A stretch of DNA of 64,000 bases from Chiloscyllium plagiosum (taxonomy: Eukaryota). Shown in pieces: positions 10,569 through 23,689 of this stretch. Under the pieces are notes generated by a model. It did no database searches. It worked only from the letters and a program-made list of their open reading frames with translations, and was not told the origin of the DNA. The DNA is taken from positions 15,013,345 through 15,077,344 of the forward strand of contig NC_057753.1 of assembly GCF_004010195.1 (NCBI RefSeq), read 5' to 3'. A program made the position numbers and the translations under genes. Each line of letters starts with the position of its first letter. Positions within the stretch are counted from its first letter, which is position 1.

Positions 10569-12343
10569 GTCAGTTGAATATCTTTAACCACCTTTCTGTG
10601 CATTCACACTGCCATAATTCCTTTCCATTCCATGATAATATTATATTTACTGAAAATCCAAGAACAACGTCCAAACCTGTGCCTCATTTCCACAGCTTGT
10701 CACTGAGAAAGCAATGTATTATTGGAGAACGATTTTTATTTCAATAGCATGAAGAACCGTCTTTAAAATTGAATTCGATGGTATTCATCATACACTGCGT
10801 TTTGTCAGTTCTTCGAATAGTTGATGTTCACCTAATTTTGGAATTATAAATCTACAAAATTGCTGTTTCAATGCGTCATCAACTGGCTGTATGGAGAATA
10901 TGAAAGATGGGGTTTTACATGCTCAACAGTTTGAACGGTTTAGTTCTTGTAGCTCACATGGAATACAGAGCCTAGGACCTTTACTTGTAATGTGCAAAGA
11001 GACGTGCGTTTGATGTGGTTGTTTTCAGGAACTGCACTCACACCCATTCCCGAAGAAGAATCCGTCTCCTTAAGCTGAACATTAAAAATGCCAATAACTC
11101 ACGGTTGCCTTTGAAACCCAGACTATCTGATCAGCTGCATTACCATTTTAGTGTTTTCGAATGGCATTTTGGAAAAGAAAAACTGCTCCATTGTTCCTTG
11201 TATTCCCAGTTAACCGCTTCCATTATTCTTCACCTTCTCTCCTTTTTCACAGAGAGTTCTTTAATTACTGTTGTGAGTACTCTCCTGCAACATGTAACAG
11301 TCACCACACTAACAACCAAGGTCCTATGTTTCATTGAAGAATGCTCACCGGGCCTGTAACTTTAACTTTGATGTCTTCCAAACATGTGTCCAGACATGCT
11401 GTTTTATTTCTAGCAATTCCCGTTGTTTGCTTCTGATTACGAATGGCCAAATGAGCTTCCCTGCACTGCATGATTCGATGGAACTATGATACAGCCATTG
11501 CCATGTTACCTCTGTTGTCCAATCAGAAAATACATCTGACTTCCCCTGATAACTCGCATATTGGTGCGCCTTCACTGTTGACATGCACTGGATGTGCGAT
11601 CCAAAATTTTACAACGTTCGCATCAAACCCATAATTGCTACGTTTCCCTCTGAGTTCCAATGTTTCTGATGCAGAGGAGAGAATGGGATGCCTCGGCTTT
11701 CTGGAAAATTCTGAAATATCTTGAGCATTATGTAATGTTGAAAATCATCATGAGAAACTTGACATTTATTTTTAAGTTAAACATTTGATACATGCATGAG
11801 GATTGTTTAAATTAATGAAGAAAACCACTTTTATTCTTTCACAGATGTGTATTAAATTATTTTAGAAGAGCGAAAGAAACCATAGTTTTTTTTTTGTCTT
11901 GCACTTCCAATCAACATCTTACCTGCAAAATCGTGCATGGCCAATGACATACTTTTGAACATTTCATAAGTACTATATTTTAGGATATTGCACAGTCAAT
12001 ATTCGCACAAATCAGAGGCGATAATTATTATGTAACACTTTTAGTGAGCTTGTTCTTTGCAGAATAAATATTGGCCCAGTGATCACTTGCTGCACACATC
12101 TCTGCTTCTCTTCAGAGTAATTTCCAGGCTGTCGTTTGCATCCAGCTGAACACACAGAGAAACATGTCAATGTGCCTTCCAAATATGGCCCGTCATCAGT
12201 CTGACATTGCAGAGGCAGAATTAGGATTGTCCCTTCTCCATGGAGTGAGAGCTTCAGCTAGGGATTTGTAGTTTCATGTGCTGTGAATAGAGCCAGAGGC
12301 GACTTGAACGCGTGGACTCAAATTATTTCCTTTATCATTTCAG

Positions 12344-12354
12344 GTAGATTTTAG
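12344..12354 (+). CDS. Gene A probable terminal coding segment (G-R-F-stop), start of last exon
   Basis: tttatcatttcag|GT AGA TTT TAG. The same acceptor and an in-frame TAG occur in gene B (55127-55137), and both are followed by conserved AATAAA sites. Alternative acceptors exist at 11253 and 11675. Confidence 0.45.
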
Positions 12355-12564
12355 GAGCTATTTTATCATGGGACGTCCTAATATTGCGAGAAGTCGCCGA
12401 CTATCGTTTTGAATCTGCAAAATATTTTTCTCAATACAAGGTGCAACTGGTTGTAATTCAGTAGCATTTACTTTGGCATTGAAATGTATATATTTACATA
12501 TATATATCCTTTTGAAATGCATTTGAATAATTGCATGTTGTGTGTTTAATGAGTTAAAAGTGGG

Positions 12565-12886
12565 AATAAAGAGAGTGCATCGAAGTTTTTTTTTTATGTG
12601 TGCATATATTACGTAATTCATTTCTCAGTGTAGATTTATGAACTCACAATAGTGGACGATGGTCCTGTGGTTTGTCAATGAGGTATTGAGGAAAGTCCAT
12701 GTGAAATTGCTTTGCTTTCTCATACCGCATGAAGGAGGCTTTTAAACTTGGCAAGCCAAAGAATTCTATGAAGTGCTGTTTTGCTGTTTTTTGAATGAAA
12801 TGTTCTCTCCATTAACATATCGTCCATGAACTGGGAATATTTCTGAAAGTGATGTTACAAAATGTAGAATACAATTCATCAATAAA
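12565..12886 (+). terminator. Gene A candidate polyadenylation signals (AATAAA at 12565-12570 and 12881-12886)
   Basis: Both hexamers are conserved at the homologous gene B positions (55340, 55656); the distal one is followed by GT-rich sequence. Confidence 0.55.
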
Positions 12887-13079
12887 AATGCAGTGATTGC
12901 AAGTTTGTTTTGGGATTTTGAGTCCGTTTGTTGATGTCAGTGCCACAGTATATGTGTGTGAGTGTCAGTGAGTAAGTGAGAATGGTTGCAATTAGCTGTG
13001 CTTGTGCAATTGTATCTCTGAATATGAGAATACTTGTGCTATTGCGATTACATTGGAAAGCTTATTGCAGGAGGGAAGT

Positions 13080-13780
13080 ATACTTGGAACGTTAACATGC
13101 AGAACGATCTTGTCTTACAATCGGCATTTGCATGAAAGTTGCAACGCAGGTGGGTAAGGTAATCAAGGAGGTACATGACAAGGTTTCCTGCATTAGTCAG
13201 GAAATACGTCGTATAATTTTTACGCAGTCAGGTTGCGATGTTATCGAACTTTAATTTGGCCACATTTGGAATATTAAACACAGTTCTGGTTGCCACTCCA
13301 CCGAAGTGATATGGAGGCTTTGGTGAGGCTACAGATAAACCAGATATTGCCTGATTTGGGATGTATTATCCACAAGGAGAGATTGGGCAAATTTATTTCA
13401 CTGTCACTTGAAATTCAAAGGCCGACAGACCGATCTGAAAGAAGTTTGCGGAAGGGGCTGAGACACGTTTAGATTGTAAAGCTGGAGTGTTTTCTTAGTT
13501 TAGCAATGTCAATTACTATGCAACATAGGTTTAAGATAAAATGGATTAAGTTTTACCGATAAGTGAGAGGCAGGTCCGTTGCACAGAGGATGGCATGTGA
13601 CTTGAGTGTGCTACCAGAGGAATTGGTGGCAAATTTGGCAGACTTCTTGACAGATACATGAATAGGCTGGGGGTAGAGGTCGACAAACCAGGAAAGCGTA
13701 AAATTGAATTTGTAAGGTATCATATGTCAGCATTGACTTGTTGGCCAGAAGGCCTAGTTTTGTGCAGGACTGTTCGTTGT
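13080..13780 (+). mobile_element. CR1 LINE 3' fragment (shared with 55960-56720 in the second unit)
   Basis: Decayed ORF2 C-terminus (PLHRSDMEALVRLQ..HKERLGKF) at the homologous position downstream of both genes. Confidence 0.75.
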
Positions 13781-14574
13781 TCGCTGATTTGTTTTGTCGT
13801 GGAATCGCCTTGATCCGTCTATCAGTAACTTCACCATGTTGACCCTCATTACCTAGAAGTGTTGTCCTGAGCTCTAAATACATACAAAAATAAACAACAA
13901 GGACATTCAGAATCTGTTAGTCTGGAAAATTCATTATTGCTTAAAAAAAGCGTGCAGCTGTGGGACCCTGAAAAGGACGTGGTTCTAAGTCAGCATGCTC
14001 TGTTTGGAGGGGCATGTTTGGGGTAGGATACCAAAGTTGCGAAGGGGAACAAATTGTGGAGTCACAATTATTTTTGGGGGGAGTTGTTAATTTTGAACTG
14101 GCAGAAAGGAGGAAACTTCAGACGGGTATGAATTGAGGCACGTCATACTTGAGAGTTAGAAATGTGTGGGGTAATATTTTAAGGTCTAAACAAGAAAGGA
14201 GGGGTGGGTGGGAGAACCAGAGTGAAAAGGTAGAGACAGATATAATAAAAAAACAGATCCAGAGCTGATATCTGTGACTTTGTCTCCGTGCAGTGGAGTC
14301 TCTGTTTATTGGAAATGTTGAATCTGTTGAAATAGTGTTAAACCGCTCCCCACATTCTCTCAGTCATCTCCCTTGTTCAAAGTGATATAACGCTGATGAT
14401 CATGTTGATGAGAGTTTCCATATGTGTGTCTTTGCATTTTGGTGTGTTTGTATCAGTGTGTTTGTATCAGTTAGTATCTGCCTGCAATGAGCTACACTTT
14501 GTCTGAGAGGGAAGTTTGAATGAAATAAGAAGGGTGAGGCATCGGATTGAAGTTTCTCTCTCATTCTCTTTCTC

Positions 14575-14616
14575 CCCCTACCCCCCCCCCCGCCCCCCCC
14601 CCCCCCCTCCACCCCG
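14575..14616. repeat. Poly-C tract (G-quadruplex-capable on the minus strand)
   Basis: CCCCCTACCCCCCCCCCCGCCCCCCCCCCCCCCCTCCACCCCG. Confidence 0.8.
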
Positions 14617-15159
14617 CCAACCCTGCTCTCGTCTCGTAGTCCAAGTGAGACAATGCTACCCAATACCAATGCATAGGTGGCAGATATTTTTTTCTTGAAA
14701 AAGCATTCAAGCCTGTGAATCTCTTAGGTTACATAGTTGCTTCCTTCTTCAAACCATGCGTTTGTAGAAGTTTTATTCTTTCGTCACCTAGAATCTGACT
14801 CAGTAGATTACACAGAACTGTAAATTGCTCAAAGTGCAAGAAAATGAATCATGTCTCCTTACAAAAACAATTCACTGGGAGGTGCCTGAATTCAGTTGCC
14901 AGGCAAATGTTTGATACAATGTGTACAATGTCAGGAAACAGACCAAAGATAAATCAATTCCACATTGCAGAGGGAACTCGTGCATTTCTCGACATGACCA
15001 TCTTTTACTCTGAGGGAACCCGAAACACAATTGCAATCATCTCCATAGTGTGTGCATGTCTGTGTGCTTGTGTCTATGAGGAGTGTATGTGCGCCAGTGT
15101 GTCTATGTGTGTGGGAATATATATGGGTGTCTTTATGTATCTGTTGATGCTGTTGTGAC

Positions 15160-15562
15160 CTGCTCTCTTTCTCTCTCTCTCTCTCTCTTTGACGGTATGT
15201 CTGATGGCTTTCACGCTGCATCAACTCCTGTGCAGTGGCACGGGTAGGCCAGCAGAGGGGGGCATTGTATCACTTTCAACACAAGGGAGCAATCGGGAGA
15301 GAGACATTTGTCTTCATCTCTTTTTCTCTCCGTCTTTTCTTCTCTCCCCTCACTCCCCATCTCTCTCTCTCTCCCTCACTGTCCGACTCTCACTTCGCTC
15401 TTCCTTCCGCTTTCCTTTTCTCCGTATCTCTCTCCATGTCTCCCTCTCTCCACTCTCTCTCCACACTCATTATCCCTCCTTCTCCTCCCTCCTCTCCCTC
15501 ACTGTCTGTCACTCTTTCCCTTTCTCCTCCCCCGGCCCATCCTGTCCCTCTTGGTCTGTCTC
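15160..15562. repeat. CT-rich low-complexity region
   Basis: (CT)n and degenerate pyrimidine tracts; explains the spurious Ser/Leu/Pro ORFs. Confidence 0.85.
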
Positions 15563-15749
15563 CCTGAGGAACTCATTCGCATGCACTTGAGGTGATATAC
15601 CGCACATCCACCAAGCATGACCATCTTCCTACATGTCAGGTTTTATTCCAACCAGTGGCGAGTTTGAGTCTGATATCCATTGTTTCCAAGTTTGCTAGAG
15701 CTCCTTGATGCTGGACTTGCTCCAATGTAGTTTTACTATCAGCATCTAT

Positions 15750-16100
15750 CACTCTCACCTCACTTTTGAAATTCAGCTCTTTTGTCCATGTTGAACAAAG
15801 GCTGTAATGCGGTCAGGAGCTGTTTGAACTTGCCAGAACCCAAATGGGCGTCACTGTGCACGTTATTGCTGAGCAGGTATTCCTTGATAGCACTCTTGAT
15901 GACACTTACCATCACTTTACACATGATTGGAAGTAGGCGTACGGGGCGGCAACCTGCCAGCTTGAATTTGTCCTGGTTTTTGTGTACAGACGTATCTGGG
16001 CAATTCTTCTCATTGTCGCATAGACACCAGTATTGTAACTGTATTGGGGCAGCTTGGCTCGGGGATTGACAAATTCTGAACGACAAACCTTGACTCATGT
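15750..16100 (-). mobile_element. LINE (CR1/L2-type) reverse transcriptase fragment
   Basis: ORF 15760-16098: CRPVRLLPIMCKVM..IKEYLLSNN..DAHLG resembles the YRPISLLS..KV.E...QFGF RT N-terminal motifs. Confidence 0.7.
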
Positions 16101-16254
16101 TCGCAGAATCTTGACAGTGTCCATAAGGTGATGTTCTTGGGACATTGCATCAGATATGGAAGGATGAACCCCAAGGAAGCTGAAGACGATGTCCATCGAG
16201 GAATGTCCACGAAACTCCTCGAAGAAAGAGTTGCTTTGACTATTTGAATTAACT

Positions 16255-16670
16255 GTTTCTCTCAGTCATTTGTTCCAAACTTCAGCAACATAGTAGCACC
16301 GTTGATGGATTTACTAAAGACGAACACAAAGTTTCGGTGAACAGAACAATGCCAGGAGGCATTTGTGATTTTAAAAGCAAGATTAACCACTGCCCAAATT
16401 TTATTTACACCAACATTTTTGAAACCTTTCAAAGTTGCAATCTATCCTGGCAATATAGAAGTTGGAGCTGTAATGCTGCAGGAAGATGATGATGGAATTG
16501 AACAGCCAATTGGCTCAATTTTTAAAAACAAAACTCAATACTCACCAAAGAAAATACTCCATCATGAGAAAAGATTTTTTGAGTTTGTTACTGGCCTGAC
16601 AACATTTTAATATTTAACTGAAGAACAATGCTGTTGTGTACACGGGCCACATTACTCTCACATTGTTTGA
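16255..16670 (+). mobile_element. Gypsy LTR retrotransposon pol fragment (RT connection/RNase H)
   Basis: FVPNFSNIVAPLMDLLKTNTKFRWTEQCQEAFVILKARLTTAQILFTPTFLKPFKVAI..VGAVMLQEDDDGIEQPI. Confidence 0.85.
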
Positions 16671-18119
16671 AACCTTGGGTCCGCAGTGATGGAATTCATC
16701 CACCTAACGATTCTAATCCAATTTCCTAGCCCTTCGCAGATGTCATAGCCTGCCTTTGGATCGCATTACTTCATTGACCTGATGATGGTTTCTGCCTCTT
16801 GCAGGTACTGAGTTTCAGTCTGCCACCCACCCTAATTTTTCTTTACCTGCACTCTACTAACTTTCCTGCTGTTTACTCTTAACCTATGCCCCCACACAAT
16901 GATTCCTCCGTTAAGTGATAAAGTTACTTTCTGGCAGCCATATCTATGTCTCTCACAATTTTACACATTACAATGGTCTCCCCTCTCGTTCTCCTCTGCG
17001 TTGACGAAAACGACCCCAGTCTTTCTACTCTTCCTCCATGAACAAAACTCTGTAGATGGGGCAACATCCTGGTGAATCTTCCCCTGCCTCCCCTACAGTG
17101 CTATCACATCCCTATTATTGTATTTCTGACACTCCTCTGAACCGTGCATTCAAAAGTTTGGATTTAAGAAGGGAACTGGAGCGAGATATAGGAAGAAAAA
17201 ATAAGAATATAAGGGAAATTGACTTGAGAATGGTTTCCACTTGGTATCTGGGAGGTCATTCGATGTGAAGACCTGGATAATTAATAGTCTGGCAGTACCT
17301 GACCAGGAAAAGAAGTCCATAGGTCTATGAGGGCAGGCATGATGTATAAAGCGAATGAGTGGAGATGGAGGGGGGAGTTGGGCGCTCAGAGGGAAGTGGT
17401 TGGTACCCAAGCGTGAAACGGAATGCTTTGGTCGCATCAGCAGACAGAAAAACAGACTATTGTGGTCAGCAACCGGCTCAGAGATGCGTGATCGTTTCAT
17501 AGCCGTGTCCGCCTTAGGAAAAGCATAGTCAGCCCATGCTCTCTGTCAAGGAAAAGCCACTGTTTCAATCCGACTTTCACTCGATTCCTTGACATTGCAC
17601 ATTGAAATACTTCCTCAATGTTACACGAGTTAACGACTCCCTGCAGTCTATGAGTTAAGGACAGAAGTTTCCATGGTCCCTGTCAAAAGCTCATCTTCAA
17701 GTTTGTATTGAAATCAAACTTCCAGCACCTACAAATGCAGGACGTGAACCCAGCTACTTCGGAACATTAACTGGCACTTTCCAGATGAACATCCCATGAC
17801 AGTATCACTGAGTCATTGCCTGAACTCAAATACGTGCGAGAATGAGAGAGTTTTATTTTCTTAATCAGGGAAGGGAATCGAGGAGAGAAGGCAGGTAAGT
17901 TGAAGAGAATCAGGTTTGTCATTGAATGACTCAAATACTCCTTCTCTTCTGTGGTGTAGATCTGTATGTTCCTATGTCTGATGCTCTTATGGTGCATAGG
18001 GAGTGGTGTTCGGGTTATCTCTGGGAAAGGGATGCTCGTGTTCAGAAAATATGGATAGGGGAAAGCAGCACTGGAGTTAACAGACTGCACTTGGAACTGA
18101 TGGGTGGATGATAATTGAG

Positions 18120-18670
18120 TCATAGAGTCACACATCACGGAAATAAATATTTCAGCTCGACTCATCCACGTCCACCAGGATTCCCAAACTAAACTAGTCC
18201 CATTTGTCTCTAAACCCTTCTGACCCATATACTCATCTAGATGTCTTTTACATACTGTAATATACCAGCCTCCACCACTTCCTCCGACAGCTCACTCCAT
18301 AAACGAATCACATGAAAAAGCTGCCACTCAGTTCCTTTGTAAATCTTGCCCCGCTCACCTTGAGCTCATGCACTCAATGTTTGCAATCCCCAAGACTGGG
18401 GAAAAAAAAAAAACACCTTGTCCATTCACATTACCTTTGTCCACCGTGATTTTATAAACCTTTGTAAGGCTATTCTTCAGTCCCCTACAGTCCGGAGAGA
18501 AAGAAATCTCAGCCTATCCAACCTCTCCTGACAACACAAACCTTGCAGTCATGGTAACAGCAGTGTAAATATTTGTGCTTTCTTTCCATTTTAATAACAT
18601 GCTTCCTATAGCAGGGCGAGCAGAATTCAGCGTGGTACTCCAAAGTGGCCTCACCAGATGCATACCAGGA
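18120..18670 (-). mobile_element. CR1/HER1 LINE 3' fragment
   Basis: Minus-strand LEYHAEFCSPCYRKHVIKMERK and CR1 3' UTR. Confidence 0.8.
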
Positions 18671-19429
18671 ACGCCAGTGATAGTCAGAATGGGACATAGA
18701 CGCCCTGAATAATCCAAATCACGTCCTGTACCCGAGATGTTAGAGGTTTCCAATTCTGGAAAGCCAGTAAAGGTCATTGTAGAAACTTCAATCCATTGTT
18801 GTAATTATCCTGGTCGGTTGCTCTCAGAATCAAGTCTCTTCCACTCTGTCGAGAAGTTGATTTCCCATTAGTGAAGGAGCTGGCACTTCTGCTGGCATGG
18901 CAGGGTAACACGGTGTAAGTAGTCATTCATTTTTACAGTAGAAGAGCGCCCGCCAGGTACACAGTGAAGCCATGTGGAAGTTGATGTGAATGGGAGATGC
19001 TGAACAAACAGGGTCCATTAACACGTTGCAATCCAGTAGCTGTCTACACCACACACAAAAAAGCAGAGCATCTAGCCTCTCTCATTGCCACCTGTGTGCA
19101 TCATCGAGGGAGTCAATGTGGACAGTGCAGCAACAGTAACTGTCAGAATCCTGGAATTATCTACCTAAGGGACATTTTGTGTCTACGCGATTGCACATGA
19201 GCTGCAGCGTTCAAGAAGGCAGCTCACACCCACCTTCTCAAACACAGAAACAAGCACACATATACACACGCACATATGCAGACACAGGCATGCAGACTCT
19301 CTCATAAACACGTATACATAATGTTTTTCGGTACATTCTCAGGGAAGGGGTTCATCTGTTTAATGAACTCATTCATTTGCACAATAAACTCATGTTAATT
19401 TGCGAAATGGTCCGTGCAATCACATGATG

Positions 19430-19795
19430 TACATTTGTCAACAAAAGTAGTAGAGCGAATGCAAGTATCTGTCAGTGAGCGTTAGTGAGTGAGTGTCACG
19501 AAGACTGAGTGCAGTTGTGTGTGTTTGTACGTCTGCGTCAGTTAGTGTACGTGTAAGAGGAATTATCTCTGTCAGTGTCTGTTAGTAAGAGGTACGATTG
19601 CAATTGTGTTTCTGTGCGTGCAACAATGAGTGAGTGAGTGTGTAATTGTCTGTCTTTCCATGCGAATGTTAGTTAGCGGTTGTGAGTGAGTGCATCAATG
19701 AGTGCAAGAATATGAGTGTAATTGTGTCTGAGTATGTCAGTGAGTTCGTGCAATTGAGACTAAGTGCAATTGTCTGTGCTTGTGTGAGCATGTAC
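19430..19795. repeat. Degenerate TG/GTGA-rich simple repeat
   Basis: Recurrent GTGAGTG/CAATTGT/GTCAGT words. Confidence 0.6.
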
Positions 19796-20439
19796 AATAG
19801 CAGCCCCAGTGATGAAAAATGCCATTGTGAGAGGCTTGATTAAGGATATGCAGGAAGGTGCCTCAGCACCAAAAATATTGAACTAGATTTTGACTCCAGA
19901 ATGGTTGCACAGGTCCCAAGTGCAAAATGAGGTATTGTTCTTCCAATTTGTGCTGAGCTTCCCTGGATTGCTAATGCAAGACTGTGAGAAGGACGCTTGC
20001 CAGAGAACACTGATGTTTTGAAACCTTTCAAAGTTGACATTTTAACATTCCTTTGGCTGCCCAACTGTTGTCATCTCTCACTGTGTTCCATCTCCACCTA
20101 TTGTCTACTTCTTCATCCTCCTCAATAGCTTCTCCAGCATATCTATCATCAGTTTCCGAGCTACAGACAGAATTAACAAAAATGGTCAATGAACCCGAAA
20201 CGTTAACTCTTCGTCTGTTCAATACCTACCTGACCTGTTGCGTATTTTCCAGCAATTTCTGTCTTTGTTTGCGACGAAAGTTTCAGGGCTGAACCGTTTT
20301 AGGAACAGTCATCATAGGAACAGAGAATGCAAATGATAATAGTATTTGGAAGCAACTAGAAAAATTAGATTTAGTCGACTCTTCTTTCTGGGGAAATCTA
20401 TTTTTGACAGGTGGAAGCTATTTAAAGGCCTATTGATTA

Positions 20440-22200
20440 GAATCAAGTTTCCCAAACTAAACCAATCTAATTTGCACTCATTTTTCCCATATCCCTCTGA
20501 ACATTTCCGATTCATGGAACTGTCCAAATGTATTTTTAATTTCGTAACTACCTGCATCAACAGGTTCCTGTGAGATTGAAAGCTCAGGATGACAAGAATC
20601 GCAAATTGCGAGTGACAACAGACATCGAAAGTTTAGTGAGAAGGAGAAAATAAAGCATGCATTCAGAAAGTTGAATTGAAATCAGACACTTGAGGGGTAT
20701 AAAGAAAGCAGGAAAGAAATTAACAGAGGAATTAGAAAGGCCATGTTCTTGGCAATTTGGACCAATGAAAATTATTGTTATTTACAAGAGTTAGGTGCCA
20801 ATAGATTAAAGGACAAAGGAGGGAAATTATACCTCGAGCCAGAGGAAGAGGTCAGGTCCTTAACGAATACCTCACATCAGTATTCAAAAAAGAGAATGAG
20901 ATGGATGCTGGCATGCTTAGGGAGGAATATATTGATACTCTGGTGCATGTCAACCTTAGGAGTGAAGACGGTTCGGAATTGTTCAAATATATTAGGTGAA
21001 ATTTGGTTCCGGGGCTGCAGAAATTTATCCCAGTGTACTGAAGGAGTTGGGGGCTGGGTTGATTGCTCAGGCTTTGCCAGTGATCATTGCATCCTCTCTC
21101 CAAACAGATGAGGACAAAAGACACTGGAGAACTGCCGTTGTGTTTCGTTTGTTTAAAAATGGCAACACGGTTGATTCAGGGAATTACAGGTCACTGTGTC
21201 TTACATCCGTGTCAGGTAACTTCTGAGAGACAATTCTGCAGGACAGGACTTACTCATATTTGGAAAAGAAAGGTCTTATTAGGGATAGTTGCCAAGGGTT
21301 TGTGCGGGGAAGATTTTTTGGGGGAAGTTATGAAGGTGGATGCTGAGGGTAGAGCAGTATATGTTGCTGTCTACAACGACTTTACTAAATCATTAAACAA
21401 GCTCCAACATTCTAACAGACGAAAGCACATGGAATCTATGGTTGTGAGTTGGTAAGCTGCATCCAAAATTGTCTTGGTTAGAGAATTTAGAGGGTATACT
21501 TTGCGAACTCTTTTTTTCTGACTGGAGATCTGTGACCAGTTGCGTTCCACAGGGATTTTTGTTGCGACCTCTACTGTTTGTAAAACATATTGTTGATCTG
21601 ATTAGAAAATTGCCAGACAATATGGAATTGGCAGAAATGTGGTTCGTGAGGAAATCTGTCAAAGGATACAGAAGGATATTGATCATTAGAAACGTTAGGC
21701 ACGGAACAGCAGATGGATTTTGATCCAAAACAACGGCAATTTAATGCACGTGGTAAGTCAAGAGCAAGAGGGAAGTGCTTTCCTGAAGGACAACGATTTT
21801 CATAAAGTATTTGACATAATCTCTGATGGTAGGTTCATTCAGAAGATTATGTAAGATGGTATCCATGGTGATTTGGAAAGTTTGATCCAAAATTGAATTT
21901 ACCATTGAAGACAGACAATGATCGTGGAACCATGTTTTTCCCAAACTGCAGGTCAGTGACGAGTGGGTTTTCATAACGATCAGTGGAGAGACACCTTAGG
22001 TTTGAAATTATCATAAATAATGTGAAAGTGTGGGTAGTCTGATTAGTAAGCCTGCAGACGACACGAAAATTGGGAAGTTGTAAAGAATGAAGAAGGATGT
22101 CAAAGGGAGTAACAAGTTATAGATCAGTTGGGCATTTGGATGGAGAAACAGCAGATAACGTTTAACCTGACAAGAGATAGCGATGCATTTTGGGATGTTA
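20440..22200 (+). mobile_element. CR1 LINE ORF2 (RT) fragments, preceded by a short inverted CR1 3' end
   Basis: WRTAVVFRLFKNG..GNYRSLCLTSVSG; SDWRSVTSCVPQGFLLRPLLF; ADDTKIG-like motif near 22055; frameshifted. Confidence 0.85.
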
Positions 22201-23689
22201 ACAGATGCCCAGAATGCATTACCACATAAGGTGGCATGAGCAATGCCGTGCCTTGATGAAATACACAGTGGGATTATATGGATTCTGAATTCTCGTTCGG
22301 AATTTGCATTTCTTTTACTATTTGTAGTTTTTTATTTTAAAGGATAAACAGACGGAAAAAAAAACTTGAGCACAGAATTTACCACGGTGGCAGGTGTTTC
22401 CTGTTGATTGAACAGAAAGGCACCTCACACAGTGACGGTTCTGCAGACTGAGAAGCTGTTTTTCATGCATTGACACTTCCGTTAATCTTGCGAAATTGCA
22501 AATGGCGATCGGCTGTAAAATATGTTTTCACGTATTCTCAGGCAGTACTCCACGTCTTCCTGGTTCAACAAGGGAGATTGTGCAGCATTTCTGGAAACGT
22601 AACGTATGCTCGTGTAGTTTGCTTCTCTCTGAAAAAAAATGAGAATTACTCAGATGTTTGGCAAATTTAACACAACCCATATATGTTGCGAAATTCTGCA
22701 GGATATCTGTGAGACATTACTCAGGCAATATCGTATGGACAAATAGAGCATAACAGCAAAAGTAAAACGGGATATTTTTGGTTATGGGGATAACTGTAAC
22801 AGAATACAATAAACTTCATACAGTTTCACAACCAAGATAACTCAATCAAAGTTATGAGCTTGTTGTAAGTCTGAATTAAGACCAGGAAAAGATGCAGAAA
22901 ATCGGTCGAAATATAAGGTATATTGAATGTTATTCAGAACTGAAGATGGCAGGATAATGCTGGTTTATGTATTGTTCATCTGAAATGCTCGAGGGAAAGA
23001 GATAAACAGAGTGAATAGAGCAAAATGTTTGATAGTAGTAAAGTAGTACTCTGTAAAGTAGCATACGCTAAGTATGTGTAATATTACCCATTAATACTGT
23101 AAATGGATATTAATGATAATTGTGGCTATCAGTAAGTTCCTGATCTGACCATCTACGATTTCATCCAAATCACTTATCCATATTTCAAACAACTGACGTT
23201 CCATCACTGACCCTGTTGGATCAATACTGGTCACAGAATTTGAACAAAATACACACATCCACAACTTCCTTTTGTCTTCTGCAACAAAGGCAATTTTGTA
23301 TCACGAGTGGTTTGACCCACAGTTCACAAGAAGCCATCACTCTGGGAAGAGTAACTGAACACAATGACCGTTGTTTAAATTTCTCGGTACTTTTACTGTC
23401 TACTGTCACTGTGGAAGATTGACCATGTGCGTCCTCACATAAATAGCAAGAAAAATGAAACTTCGCCAATTATTATCTAATCAGTATACTCTTCTTCAGC
23501 AATGAAGGAATTGAACAGTTCATCAGCAATGTTATCAAACAGCACTTGCAACGCAATAAATTGCAATCTAATGCTCATTCTAAGTTCCCATACGATGTTA
23601 CCTCTCAATTAAACTTAGACAATGATGAAAACCTCAGTGTATCTCGTTGCATCCGAGGATGGGGAAAACGAGTGATAGACTACTTCCCA

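Larger units (their letters stand above)
142..12886 (+). other. Gene A (5'-partial): group B SRCR type I transmembrane receptor, CD163/WC1/SCART-like
   Basis: Chain of phase-1 AG/GT exons in one reading frame: 4 SRCR + linker + stalk + TM + 3 cytoplasmic exons + probable terminal exon. Collinear with gene B exons 43830-55137. Confidence 0.9.

Noticed and set aside
15189..15595. Three overlapping Ser/Leu/Pro-rich ORFs (similar ones at 26836-27141, 58099-58864, 59246-59577)
   Set aside because: Translation of CT-rich low-complexity DNA
20016..20036. 21-bp exact match (TTTTGAAACCTTTCAAAGTTG) to the Gypsy fragment near 16417-16437
   Set aside because: Isolated, AT-rich and without extended homology; probably a TE scrap or chance
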